Assembly: GCA_902760845.1 (NCBI GenBank)
Contig: CACWHX010000007.1
Location: 10,050-74,049 of the forward strand
Source: Oscillospiraceae bacterium
Lineage (GTDB): Bacteria; Bacillota; Clostridia; Oscillospirales; Oscillospiraceae
Direction of reading: 5' to 3'
DNA: 64,000 bases
Positions 42,986 to 52,140 of this stretch are shown here, piece after piece. The position numbers and the translations under genes are program-made. The first letter of the stretch is position 1, and each line of letters opens with the position of its first letter. The notes beneath the pieces were generated by a model. The model made no database searches. It was not told where the DNA came from and was given only the letters and a program-made list of their open reading frames with translations.

Positions 42986-43481
42986 CGGTCTGTACTCCCT
43001 CTCTCCATTCCTGTGCGTCCTTTGCGATGCCAAGATCCGCTTCGATTGCATCTGCCAGCGCATCGCTGCGCGCCGTCCCCTCCGGCAGCGTCAGCACCGC
43101 CGCGCTGGGAAGCCAGTAGCCGTCCGTGCTCCATTGCACGGCCACCTCCGCCGCCTGCAGCGGAACGCCAAGCTGCGCGGCTTTGTCCAATATATATGCG
43201 CTGCATTCGGATTCTATGATTGAGCGGCTGAGCCGCGCCTGCGTATTTTCCATGGCCGCGGCGTCCCATGAGACGCCGTCCCGATACTGCTGCAGCGCGC
43301 CCGCGTAGGTCTGATAGTCGAACCGCAGCAGTGGCGCAAGCAGCGCCGTCGAGAGCGCGGCGGCGCCAATCAGTCGCAGCGTATGCTTCATTCCCTCACT
43401 TTTGGGAAAGAAGGAGGCAATCGCTATGAGCAGCGCGATCCCGACCAGCGAGAGCAGCCAATGATAGACCGGCTCCATCAT
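42972..43481 (-). CDS. spoIIIAF: Stage III sporulation protein AF
   Basis: 169 aa from ATG 43481 (ATGA overlap with the spoIIIAE stop). Two N-terminal helices. Assignment mostly positional. Confidence 0.78.
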   Translation of the reverse strand: MMEPVYHWLLSLVGIALLIAIASFFPKSEGMKHTLRLIGAAALSTALLAPLLRFDYQTYAGALQQYRDGVSWDAAAMENTQARLSRSIIESECSAYILDKAAQLGVPLQAAEVAVQWSTDGYWLPSAAVLTLPEGTARSDALADAIEADLGIAKDAQEWREGVQTDETE

Positions 43482-44590
43482 CCGACGCTCACCGCCTTCA
43501 TGCTCGACACGATCGAAAGAAACAGGATAAATGACGCGGCGCCCGTCATTCCAAGAAGGAACGCATAGACATCGGCAAAGCCCTGGATCAGATTTGCAAG
43601 CTGCTTTTCGCAGAACGCGGCGGCGATTCCGCCTGTAAGCTGATATAACAAGTAGTGCACCCCCAAGGTAAGAAACGGAATCCCGCAGACCGCTAGCACG
43701 CCCAGCATTCCCAGAACGCCGATCCCGTTTCGGATGACGGCCGCGCCGGATACGAGCGTTGCGGCCGCGTCCGACAGGATGCTGCCCACGACCGGCAGCG
43801 CGGCCGAAATCGCAGTCTTTGCGGCCTTGGCAGCGGCGGCATCCGCCGTGCTGGTCAAGATTCCGGTAATCGCAAGATAGGCAGTGAAAATGGTCGCTAC
43901 CGCGAGCAGGAACCACTTGATGACTGCCTTGAGCAGAGAGGATATGGACAGCAGCAGTTCGTTTTGCAGCGCATTCCCCGCGATCATCATCGCGGCGTAG
44001 GCGTAGAGCGCCGGCAGGAGGAGGTCTGTCTCCACCGTGATGAGAAGGTCAAAAAACAGCGTCGTCGCAGCATACTTCGCCCCGGCCGAGGTGATTGCGC
44101 CGCCCGCCGCCGCGGCGGTACAGAGGCTGGGCAGCAGCACCCTCGAGAAATCCGAAAGCGCCCACAGCGCCTCACGCCCGACGGCGACGCAGGACGTTAC
44201 ATGCTCTGCGCTCAGTACCGATACAGCGATTGCGCTTGCGGTCCGCGCGACGCCGGAGCAGGCGGACCCGCCGGAGATCGTCCCGCAAAACGACGAGAGA
44301 AATACGACGATGAGCAGCAGCGCCGCGTTTCGCGCGGCAGAAAAGAGGATATCCTGTGACGCGCCGGTGAGTTTTGTCCATAGCTTCTCCAGCTGCGCCT
44401 CCGGAGAGGCCGCGTCCTTGAGCGTGAGCGCGCCGAAGGTCTCGTAAGCCGCCTCCGGCAGCGACTGCTCCACGGCGTCCGCGCCGTATGCGGCGCTCTG
44501 CTCCGACTGGAGGTCGGCGGCCGCGGCGCCGCAGCGCAGCGAAAGTGCGCAGACGAGCGCCATCAACAAGGTTAACAGCATCCGTTTCAC
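43478..44590 (-). CDS. spoIIIAE: Stage III sporulation protein AE
   Basis: 370 aa polytopic membrane protein with signal peptide. Composition and position typical of SpoIIIAE. Confidence 0.9.
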   Translation of the reverse strand: MKRMLLTLLMALVCALSLRCGAAAADLQSEQSAAYGADAVEQSLPEAAYETFGALTLKDAASPEAQLEKLWTKLTGASQDILFSAARNAALLLIVVFLSSFCGTISGGSACSGVARTASAIAVSVLSAEHVTSCVAVGREALWALSDFSRVLLPSLCTAAAAGGAITSAGAKYAATTLFFDLLITVETDLLLPALYAYAAMMIAGNALQNELLLSISSLLKAVIKWFLLAVATIFTAYLAITGILTSTADAAAAKAAKTAISAALPVVGSILSDAAATLVSGAAVIRNGIGVLGMLGVLAVCGIPFLTLGVHYLLYQLTGGIAAAFCEKQLANLIQGFADVYAFLLGMTGAASFILFLSIVSSMKAVSVG

Positions 44591-44973
44591 AGCATTTCTC
44601 CGATCATGTGAAGGAACGTATTCAGCAGCGGCAGCGCTGCGTAAAGCGCGCCGGCGACGCCGGCAAGCTCAATGCCGGCTGCGGCGGAGGCCTGTCCCGC
44701 GTCCCTGCAGAGCGACGCTCCGGCGGTGCACAAAATGCTGATGGCCATGCACTTCAGAATCGGTCCGGTGTAGACGCCGGATACGTCGCACAGCGCAATG
44801 ACCTCCCGCAGGAATTGCAGAAGCGGGTCCAGCGCCGCCATCACGAGCAGCAGGATCAGCGCCGACGCCGCGAGTCCGAGCGAGAGCGAGACGCCCGGCA
44901 CCGTCTGCCGGATCGCGAGCGCAAGCAGCGTTGAGGCGATGCCGATCACAAGGGCTTTTATCAAAAGCTCCAT
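44587..44973 (-). CDS. spoIIIAD: Stage III sporulation protein AD
   Basis: 128 aa, four helices, from ATG 44973. Contains GPILKCMAISILCTAGASLCRDAG. Confidence 0.9.
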   Translation of the reverse strand: MELLIKALVIGIASTLLALAIRQTVPGVSLSLGLAASALILLLVMAALDPLLQFLREVIALCDVSGVYTGPILKCMAISILCTAGASLCRDAGQASAAAGIELAGVAGALYAALPLLNTFLHMIGEML

Positions 44974-44977
44974 CGCG

Positions 44978-45172
44978 CTAAAAGGAAAACAGGCTCTTGA
45001 TGAGATCAAACAGCTCGCTGATTTTTTCCACGACCAGAACCAGCACGACCACGAGGCCCGCAATCGTCGTCATGAGCGCCTGCTCGTCCCGCCCCGCGCG
45101 GGACAGCAGAAGATTCAGAACGGCAACAAGGATTCCGATCGCCGCAATTTTGAAAATGAGATCGACGCCCAT
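44978..45172 (-). CDS. spoIIIAC: Stage III sporulation protein AC
   Basis: 64 aa. FKIAAIGILVAVLNLLLSRAGRDEQA signature. Confidence 0.92.
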   Translation of the reverse strand: MGVDLIFKIAAIGILVAVLNLLLSRAGRDEQALMTTIAGLVVVLVLVVEKISELFDLIKSLFSF

Positions 45173-45188
45173 CTTTCTCCCTCCGTTT

Positions 45189-45698
45189 TCAGTAGAGCGT
45201 GACGGCCAGCATCATGCCGACCGTAAATCCCAGCCCGGAATACAGCTTCCCTTTTTGCGCGGCGCTCTGCCGGGCGGCATCCTCCGCTGTATGCAGCGCG
45301 GCGATACAGGCGTCAATGGCGCGCGCCTGCGCCTCGGCGTCGTATCTTCCAAGCTGCTCGCCAAGCGCCAGCAGCGCGGCGGTTGCCTCAGACTGCGGCA
45401 AATTCAGCCCGCCGACCGCCTCGTGCCAGAGCGCGGAGAAGGACGCCTCGGTCTCCCCGATTTTCCCGGCGAGGCTAAAAAAGCACTGCCCTGTTTCCCC
45501 CGGGGATGCTTCCGCGACGTGGTGCAGCGCCTCCGGCAGCGGCAGCAGACGGCATACAATATCGCTGCGCAGAAGGGAAAGTGCATCCGCCAGGCTGTGC
45601 AGCAGGCGCGGCCTGCGGCGCAGCTCCATCGCCCCGGAAAGGCCGATTCCTCCGGCAGCGCAAAAGATCATAATCGCTCCAAGCCACCGCATCTTCAC
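45189..45698 (-). CDS. spoIIIAB: Stage III sporulation protein AB
   Basis: 169 aa with N-terminal and C-terminal TM helices. Central pattern LRSDIVCRLLPLPEAL. Confidence 0.85.
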   Translation of the reverse strand: MKMRWLGAIMIFCAAGGIGLSGAMELRRRPRLLHSLADALSLLRSDIVCRLLPLPEALHHVAEASPGETGQCFFSLAGKIGETEASFSALWHEAVGGLNLPQSEATAALLALGEQLGRYDAEAQARAIDACIAALHTAEDAARQSAAQKGKLYSGLGFTVGMMLAVTLY

Positions 45699-46570
45699 AG
45701 CGCCTCTATCGCGTACCGCCGCGCGGCGCCCTCGCGCCGGATCCAGACGGCGCGCTTGAAAATCCCGCTGCTCAGAAGCTCACGGTAGAGCGCGCGCTGC
45801 CGCATGGACGCGCTGTTTTCCGCGTGCGCAGTGGCAAGCAGCTCCACGCCGCAGCCGGCGGCCGCCTCAACTGCCGCGATATCCGACGCGGCCGTGATCT
45901 CGTCAAACGCCAGGAGCTGCGGATTCATGGCGCGCAGCAGCAGCATGCAGCTCTCCCCTTTCGCGCCGCCCGTCATCACGTCCGTGTTCGGACCCAGATC
46001 AAACCGTGGCGCCCGGTCGTGTACGGCGGCGATCTCGCCGCGCTCGTCCGCGACGGATATCCGCAGTCCCGACTCAGACAGGCGGCGGATCAGCTCCCGC
46101 AGCAGCGTCGTCTTGCCGAAGCCCGGCGGCGAGAGCAGGAGCGTGCTTTGAAATCCGCCGTCCGTCAACGCGGGAAAGACAGCGTCCGCGCATCCGTGTA
46201 CTTCATGCGGAATGCGGACGGAAACGGAGCTGATCTGGCGGATCCCGGACAGTGCGCCGTCCCGACAGTATGCGCTCCCGCAGATGCCGATCCGGCAGCC
46301 GGAGGAGGTGTGCAAAAAGCCGCGCCGGAGCTCTTCGGCGTAGGTATGTAAGGACGCCTCCGCGGCGCGCTCCAGCAAAGCGTCCAGATCCGCGCCGGTC
46401 GTAACGGCCCCCTCCACGCGCCGCGCACCTGACGCGGTCAGCACCGTTGCCGGCCTGTCCACCCGGCAGCGGATCTCTTCCACAACGTCGGGCGTGTCCG
46501 CCCTGCAGGCCCGCAGCGCGTCCGCCAGCCCGGAGGGAAAAAGGCGCAAAATATCACTGGGATAGTACAT
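45695..46570 (-). CDS. spoIIIAA: Stage III sporulation protein AA (AAA+ ATPase)
   Basis: Walker A SPPGFGKTTLLREL. ATG 46570. First gene of the eight-gene operon. Confidence 0.9.
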   Translation of the reverse strand: MYYPSDILRLFPSGLADALRACRADTPDVVEEIRCRVDRPATVLTASGARRVEGAVTTGADLDALLERAAEASLHTYAEELRRGFLHTSSGCRIGICGSAYCRDGALSGIRQISSVSVRIPHEVHGCADAVFPALTDGGFQSTLLLSPPGFGKTTLLRELIRRLSESGLRISVADERGEIAAVHDRAPRFDLGPNTDVMTGGAKGESCMLLLRAMNPQLLAFDEITAASDIAAVEAAAGCGVELLATAHAENSASMRQRALYRELLSSGIFKRAVWIRREGAARRYAIEAL

Positions 46571-46662
46571 GGAAGACCCCCTTCTCTTTTGTTCAGCACA
46601 TCCTATGCCGAGGCGTGAGTGAATAGAACAACAATTGGACACAGAAATTTCGTATCATGTTT

Positions 46663-46713
46663 ACAGGATAAATTATTGACAACCGCCGCAGCTTATGCTA
46701 TAATTTATCCTGT
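46663..46713 (+). promoter_or_regulatory. Consensus promoter bracketed by a perfect 13-bp inverted repeat (putative XRE operator)
   Basis: TTGACA (46676-46681)-17 nt-TATAAT (46699-46704). The inverted repeat ACAGGATAAATTA / TAATTTATCCTGT lies at 46663-46675 and 46701-46713. Confidence 0.65.
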
Positions 46714-46745
46714 GTTATTATATGATGTTTTCGGAGGTCCGGCGC

Positions 46746-46955
46746 ATGACATACAGCTATAACCAATTGTGGAAACTATTGATTGACAAGCGCATGACGA
46801 AAACGGAAATGCGCAAGGCGGCAGGTATCAGCACGAACATACTTGCCAAAATGGGAAAAGACGAACCTGTAGCATTGGACAGTTTAGCAAAAATCTGTGT
46901 CGCCCTTGGCTGTACGCTTGACGACATAGTGGAGATAACCAGCGACGCGGAATAA
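46746..46955 (+). CDS. XRE-family helix-turn-helix transcriptional regulator
   Basis: 69 aa. MTKTEMRKAAGISTNILAKMGKDEPVALDSLAKICVALGCTLDDIVE is a typical Cro/C1 HTH. Confidence 0.85.
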   Translation: MTYSYNQLWKLLIDKRMTKTEMRKAAGISTNILAKMGKDEPVALDSLAKICVALGCTLDDIVEITSDAE

Positions 46956-46984
46956 CAAATCGGAATTTGAAGGAGGTAATCATA

Positions 46985-47299
46985 GTGAATGAATTTAACG
47001 AATATGTTCGTGAGGTTTTTTCCGCAGCCGGTGATATTGTCATAAAATTCATGATGGGCGGATATCTTGTATACCTCAATGGGAAGCTGATCGGTGACAT
47101 TTGCGATAATGAACTGTTTTTGAAGAGAACGCCGACATCGGACAGGCTACTTGCAGATTCCGAACTGCGTTATCCGTATGAAGGCTCAAAGACACTGATG
47201 CATGTATTTGATAGATTTGAAGATACGGCGCTTGTTCTGGAACTTCTGGATGGTATGTATACAGAGCTTCCGGAAAAGAAACCCGCAAAAGCCAGATGA
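46985..47299 (+). CDS. TfoX/Sxy N-terminal domain protein
   Basis: GTG 46985 lies 7 nt after GAAGGAGG. KFMMGGYLVYLNGKLIGDICDNELFLK pattern of TfoX_N. Confidence 0.7.
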   Translation: MNEFNEYVREVFSAAGDIVIKFMMGGYLVYLNGKLIGDICDNELFLKRTPTSDRLLADSELRYPYEGSKTLMHVFDRFEDTALVLELLDGMYTELPEKKPAKAR

Positions 47300-47436
47300 G
47301 AAAGACAAATTTCAATTTGTAGAGTTGCAACGCCACAAGAGCGATATATAGAAATCGCCTTATCTTATATCGTCCGCTATCTTTTAGTATCTGCTTGTAG
47401 ATTTAAGCGATAAATAAGCGACAAAACAGCATATCT

Positions 47437-47479
47437 AAACGGCTAAAGTCCTTTATTTTCAAGGGTTTTAGCCGTTTTA
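47437..47479 (+). terminator. Putative terminator of the XRE/TfoX islet
   Basis: AAACGGCTAAA...TTTAGCCGTTT stem followed by a T-run. Confidence 0.5.
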
Positions 47480-47581
47480 TATGTTCTCCCGCCTGTAAAG
47501 CATGCATACTGGAAGCTGGAAACGTCGAAGCTTGACTGATATCTGAAAAAGATCAAACAGATGTAACTCTTTTAACTTGTC

Positions 47582-47630
47582 AAAAAAAGCCACGAAGAGT
47601 TCACGCCTCCGGGCGTGAACTCTTCGTGGC
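47582..47630 (-). terminator. Terminator after the DUF1015 gene
   Basis: 19-bp stem GCCACGAAGAGTTCACGCC / GGCGTGAACTCTTCGTGGC. On the minus strand it is followed by TTTTTTT. Confidence 0.75.
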
Positions 47631-47639
47631 TTTTGGGGT

Positions 47640-48857
47640 CTACTGAATTTTTCGGCACTCCAGATAGTATCGCTTGTCTCGGCCGAGGCCGATGGAAAAG
47701 CTTTTCTTGGGGAACGGTCCGCTGTGCGTGATGGATGGGAACAACTCGCTCTTTTCCATCTGCGGAAGGAGTACGCCGCAGCAGCCCTCGGCGGCCGCGA
47801 GCCGCGCGGCTTCTGCGTCGCCGTGGATATAGTCGAGCGTCCCGCCGTGCCGGCTTTGATAGTCCCGACAGAAGCGCTCGACATCGGCGATGAGCGTACC
47901 GATCGAATCGCTCCTGACAAGAATGGTGCGCCGCTCGCCCGCAGCGAGCAGCGTGATCGTCCGGCCGTCTCCCGGTTCAGCGAGCGCCTTTTCCGCCGCG
48001 CTAAACCATTCCGACGGGTCGGTGCGCAGCAGCACACGGTGAATGGGGGCGAAGGTGATCGCGGGATCGTGGATGTTCACCAGCTCTGCCAGCGCGTAGC
48101 GCGCCGGGTCCGCTGCGGCTTCCTCCGGCGTCAGCCGGCGCTTTTTCTCCAGCCAGCACTTGCGCGCCGCGGCGAGGCTGTGATTGCCGTCGCCTACGGC
48201 AAAGCGAACCGCGCCGTCAGACGCCGCGCCGGCTGAGATCTGCACCGCAAGCGCGCGCGCCTCAGCGCCGGATATGCGCCGCCCGCGGACGTGCCCGCCG
48301 GCCGCCATGAGGTCAAAGTCATAGAGCGTTTCTCCGGCGCACGCTTCCGCCGCGCGCATCGCCGCGTCCGACGGATCGTCCAGAAAGAGCATGATATGCG
48401 GCATTTCCAGCGGCGCCGCGCTGCGCACCCGGACGCGCGGGGGCAGGCGCTCTTCCACCGTTCCCTCGGTCGCCCGCACGGGCGACACCGCCTCGCGGCG
48501 ATAGTCATACGCCTCCAGATCAAGCTGCCCGACCAGTCCGCGGCGCACGACGCCGGATGGAAGTGTGCGCTCCAGATATACAAAACTCTGCGGCACGGTG
48601 CGAAACACATCCGCGTCCAGATACCGACGCATCGTTTCCTGAATATCGGCGGCAGCGGCCTGCTCGTCACACCGGCCGAGATAAAACTCCGGCAGCATCA
48701 GGCGCAGTGTGGACGGCGCGTCGCCGACCTCACGCTCCACGGCCGACCAGTATGCCGCATCCGATGTGAACTGATCGCAGGCAATCACGCTCCAGCGGCG
48801 CAGATCGGCGTCCGCCGGAAGGAGAATATCCGCTGGCTGAAAGATGGGCGCAGTCAC
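47640..48857 (-). CDS. DUF1015 domain-containing protein
   Basis: FQPADILLP...VIACDQFTS pattern. GTG 48857 overlaps the glpK stop (GTGA). Confidence 0.88.
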   Translation of the reverse strand: MTAPIFQPADILLPADADLRRWSVIACDQFTSDAAYWSAVEREVGDAPSTLRLMLPEFYLGRCDEQAAAADIQETMRRYLDADVFRTVPQSFVYLERTLPSGVVRRGLVGQLDLEAYDYRREAVSPVRATEGTVEERLPPRVRVRSAAPLEMPHIMLFLDDPSDAAMRAAEACAGETLYDFDLMAAGGHVRGRRISGAEARALAVQISAGAASDGAVRFAVGDGNHSLAAARKCWLEKKRRLTPEEAAADPARYALAELVNIHDPAITFAPIHRVLLRTDPSEWFSAAEKALAEPGDGRTITLLAAGERRTILVRSDSIGTLIADVERFCRDYQSRHGGTLDYIHGDAEAARLAAAEGCCGVLLPQMEKSELFPSITHSGPFPKKSFSIGLGRDKRYYLECRKIQ

Positions 48858-50359
48858 TTCTCGATCCACTTTTCCGCCCTTTCCACCGCGCGTAACCACT
48901 GCGCATGCTGCCGCCCGGCCTGCTCCGCGTCCATCTGCGGGGCGAAAATCCGGTCAGACTGGCGGATTTGCGCCGCGTCCCCGATTTCGCTCCACACGCC
49001 GGTGGCCAGCCCCGCCAGGAACGCCGCGCCGAACGCCGTTGTCTCCACCATTTTGGGCCGGTCGATCGGCTTTCGGATCATGTCCGCCTGGAATTGCATG
49101 AGAAAATTGCTCACCGACGCGCCGCCGTCCACACGCAGGATGGAGATCCCGTGCCCGGCGTCCAGCTCCATGGCGTCCAGCAGGTCCTGGACCTGATAGG
49201 CGATGCCCTCAAGCGTGGCGCGGGCGATGTGCGCCTTTGTCGTGCCGCGCGTGAGGCCGACAATCGTGCCGCGGGCATACATATCCCAGCGCGGCGCGCC
49301 GAGGCCCGTGAACGCGGAGACGAGATAAACGCCGCCGTTGTCCGGTACGGTCTCCGCCAGCAGATCACACTCATGCGAGGTGGAGATCAGCCCCAGCTCG
49401 TCGCGCAGCCACTGCACGGAGCTGCCCGCGTTAAAGACGCTGCCCTCCAGCGCGTAAGTCGTCTGTCCGTTCACGGACCACGCCACGCTGGTGACCAGTC
49501 CGCTCACGCTGCGAACGGAATGCGCGCCGGTGTTCATCAGCGTGAAGCAGCCGGTGCCGTATGTATTCTTCGCCTGGCCCGGCTCTACGCACGCCTGCCC
49601 CAACAGCGCCGCCGCCTGATCGCCCGCGCTGCCGCAGACCGGGACGCCCTCCAGCATCTCCAGCCCGGGAAGGCCGGGCGCGATGTGGCCATAAATCCGC
49701 GCGGACGGCACCGGCTCCGGCAGCATGGACATCGGGATGCCGAGCACGCGGCAAAGCTCCTCGTCCCAGCGAAGCGCGTCAATATCAAACAGCATCGTGC
49801 GCGAGCAGTTGGAGTAGTCCGAGACGTGCGCCTTTCCGCCCGTGAGGTTCCAGATCAGCCATGAATCCACAGTGCCGAACAGGAGCTCGCCGCGCTCGGC
49901 CCGCTCGCGCGCGCCGGGGACATTGTCCAGGATCCATTTGATCTTCGTGCCGGAAAAATAGGCGTCGATCAACAGACCGGTCTTGTCGCGGACGTAAGCC
50001 GCGGCCCCCTCCTCCTCCAGCGCGTCGCAGATCGAGGCCGTGCGGCGGCACTGCCAGACAATGGCGTTATAAACCGGCTTACCGGTGGTTTTATCCCACA
50101 CGATGGTCGTTTCCCGCTGATTTGTGATGCCGACGCCGGCGATATCCGTCGGCGAAAGGCCGCTTTTTTCAAACGCCTCACCCATGGCGTGAAGTTGTGA
50201 CTCCAGGATAACCATCGGGTCGTGCTCGACCCAGCCGGGCTGCGGATAGATCTGCGCAAATGGGTATTGCGCGAGCGAAACGATCTCGCCGGAGCGATTG
50301 AAAATGATCGAGCGCGAGCTGGTTGTACCCTGGTCGAGCGCGATAAGGTAGCCGTTCAT
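48854..50359 (-). CDS. glpK: Glycerol kinase
   Basis: YLIALDQGTTSSR, GITNQRETT and GGASVSNFLMQFQAD motifs. 501 aa. Confidence 0.97.
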   Translation of the reverse strand: MNGYLIALDQGTTSSRSIIFNRSGEIVSLAQYPFAQIYPQPGWVEHDPMVILESQLHAMGEAFEKSGLSPTDIAGVGITNQRETTIVWDKTTGKPVYNAIVWQCRRTASICDALEEEGAAAYVRDKTGLLIDAYFSGTKIKWILDNVPGARERAERGELLFGTVDSWLIWNLTGGKAHVSDYSNCSRTMLFDIDALRWDEELCRVLGIPMSMLPEPVPSARIYGHIAPGLPGLEMLEGVPVCGSAGDQAAALLGQACVEPGQAKNTYGTGCFTLMNTGAHSVRSVSGLVTSVAWSVNGQTTYALEGSVFNAGSSVQWLRDELGLISTSHECDLLAETVPDNGGVYLVSAFTGLGAPRWDMYARGTIVGLTRGTTKAHIARATLEGIAYQVQDLLDAMELDAGHGISILRVDGGASVSNFLMQFQADMIRKPIDRPKMVETTAFGAAFLAGLATGVWSEIGDAAQIRQSDRIFAPQMDAEQAGRQHAQWLRAVERAEKWIEK

Positions 50360-50449
50360 AGAATGCCTCCATTTTCCTTGACGGGAAACGTCAGATATAC
50401 TAAAATCAGAATGTGGATTTTATTATAACATACAGAAAGGAAGATTTCC

Positions 50450-51379
50450 ATGCCATCCTTACAGGAATTCACGTTTTTGTCCAGCGACGGGAAGCATCAG
50501 GTTTTTGCCCGCGAATGTGTGCCGGACGGGGAAGTCCGGGGCGTCGTCCAGATCGCGCACGGTATCGCGGAGTACATCGACCGCTACATCCCGTTTATGC
50601 AGTTTCTGGCGGAAAACGGGTTCGTTGCCGTCGGAAATGACCACCTCGGCCATGGCAAGACGGCGCAGACCGACGGCGAGCGCTGCTTCTTCGGCGAGGA
50701 AAAGGGTTGGGATCTGGTTGTGGAGGACATGGATCGCCTGCGCGAGACGGAGGCGAAGAAATATCCGGATGTCCCCTATTTCCTGCTGGGACACAGTATG
50801 GGCAGCTTTCTCGCGCGCACATATATCATCCGCTATCCCAACGCGCTGCATGGCGTCATCATCAGCGGCACAGGTCAGAATCCTGGCGCGGTGATCGCGG
50901 GCGGCAAGCTCATCGCAAAGCTGGAGCGGTCGAAGCACGGCGCGAATTATCCCAGCATGCGCATCAACAAAATGGCCTTCGGCAGCTACACCAAGCGCTA
51001 TGAGAATGTCCGCACGTCGCTCGACTGGCTCTCCCGCGACCCGGCGGTTGTTGACGCCTACGTCGCCGATCCGCTTTGCGGGATGCCAGCCTCCGCCGGA
51101 CTGTTTCTTGACATGATGAACGGCCTGCAGTATATCTGGAAGTCCGAAAATCTGAACCGCATGAACAAAGCCATGCCGGTGTTTTTCTATTCCGGCGATA
51201 TGGACCCGGTCGGTAACTATGGCAAGGGCGTGAAGAAGGTTTACGATCGGTTTCTGAAGGTAGGAATGCGGGATGTGCTGCTGAAGCTCTATCCGGAGGG
51301 ACGGCATGAAATGCTCAACGAGATCAATAAAGAAGCCGTCTACGAGGATATTCTCTCGTGGCTCAACAGCAAGCTTTGA
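50450..51379 (+). CDS. Alpha/beta hydrolase (lysophospholipase/monoacylglycerol lipase type)
   Basis: Nucleophile elbow LLGHSMGS. 309 aa. Confidence 0.88.
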   Translation: MPSLQEFTFLSSDGKHQVFARECVPDGEVRGVVQIAHGIAEYIDRYIPFMQFLAENGFVAVGNDHLGHGKTAQTDGERCFFGEEKGWDLVVEDMDRLRETEAKKYPDVPYFLLGHSMGSFLARTYIIRYPNALHGVIISGTGQNPGAVIAGGKLIAKLERSKHGANYPSMRINKMAFGSYTKRYENVRTSLDWLSRDPAVVDAYVADPLCGMPASAGLFLDMMNGLQYIWKSENLNRMNKAMPVFFYSGDMDPVGNYGKGVKKVYDRFLKVGMRDVLLKLYPEGRHEMLNEINKEAVYEDILSWLNSKL

Positions 51380-51437
51380 AAAACTGAACGGTCATGAAAA
51401 ATCGTCCTGCAAGCCTTTGCTTGCAGGACGATTCCGT

Positions 51438-51463
51438 CTGTCGAAAAACATGTTTTTCGACAG
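51438..51463. repeat. REP-like hairpin CTGTCGAAAAACATGTTTTTCGACAG
   Basis: Same family as the hairpin at 26445-26470. Confidence 0.6.
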
Positions 51464-51465
51464 CC

Positions 51466-52071
51466 TCAGTCATCCAATACGCGCTTGATGGCGTCCAGCA
51501 GCTCGTCATAGGTCTCGTATGCCGGCAGATTCGGGTAGTCCCTTTTGATCTGTTCCGTGCTGCGGAACAAAAAGCCCGCCTTGCTCGCCTGGATCATCTC
51601 AAGATCATTGAAGCTGTCTCCCGCGGCAATGGTATCGTAGCCAATGGATTGAAAGGCCTTGACCGTCGCGAGCTTCGTATGGGAGATGCGAAGACGGAAA
51701 TCCTCCACCGTCCCATCCGGGGCGACGACCAGCGTGTTGCAGAAAATGGTCGGCCAGCCGAGCTTTTTCATAAGCGGCGCGGCGAATTGCGTGAACGTAT
51801 CGCTGAGAATGACCGCCTGTGTGATCGACCGAAGCTCGTCCAGAAATTCCTTTGCGCCGGGCAGCGGGTCAATCCGGGCAATGGTGTCCTGAATCTCTGC
51901 AAGCCCCAGTCCGTGTTCCTTGAGAATGCCCAGACGCCAGCGCATCAGCTTGCTGTAATCCGGTTCATTCCGCGTGGTTCGCTTCAGCTCGGGGATGCCG
52001 CTCGCCTCCGCGAACGCCACCCATATCTCCGGCACCAGAACGCCTTCCATATCCAAGCATACGATGTTCAT
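51466..52071 (-). CDS. thrH: HAD-family phosphoserine phosphatase / homoserine phosphotransferase (ThrH-like)
   Basis: CLDMEGVLVPEIWV (DxD), ILSDTF and AAGDSFNDLEM motifs. 201 aa. Confidence 0.8.
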   Translation of the reverse strand: MNIVCLDMEGVLVPEIWVAFAEASGIPELKRTTRNEPDYSKLMRWRLGILKEHGLGLAEIQDTIARIDPLPGAKEFLDELRSITQAVILSDTFTQFAAPLMKKLGWPTIFCNTLVVAPDGTVEDFRLRISHTKLATVKAFQSIGYDTIAAGDSFNDLEMIQASKAGFLFRSTEQIKRDYPNLPAYETYDELLDAIKRVLDD

Positions 52072-52140
52072 ACATTAACCCCTTCCGGCCGCGGTGCAGC
52101 CGCCTTTCTTTCTGTGATTTGGTTTTGTGCTGGCAGATGC

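Noticed and set aside
43482-43916. Upstream 145 codons of ORF 42972..43916
   Set aside because: This part overlaps spoIIIAE in another frame and is Arg/Gly-rich. SpoIIIAF starts at ATG 43481 with the usual ATGA overlap.
46571-46662. Sigma-E/sigma-G type promoter for the spoIIIA operon
   Set aside because: Only a weak CATAGGAT-like -10 element and no convincing -35 could be found on the minus strand. This is not enough to annotate.
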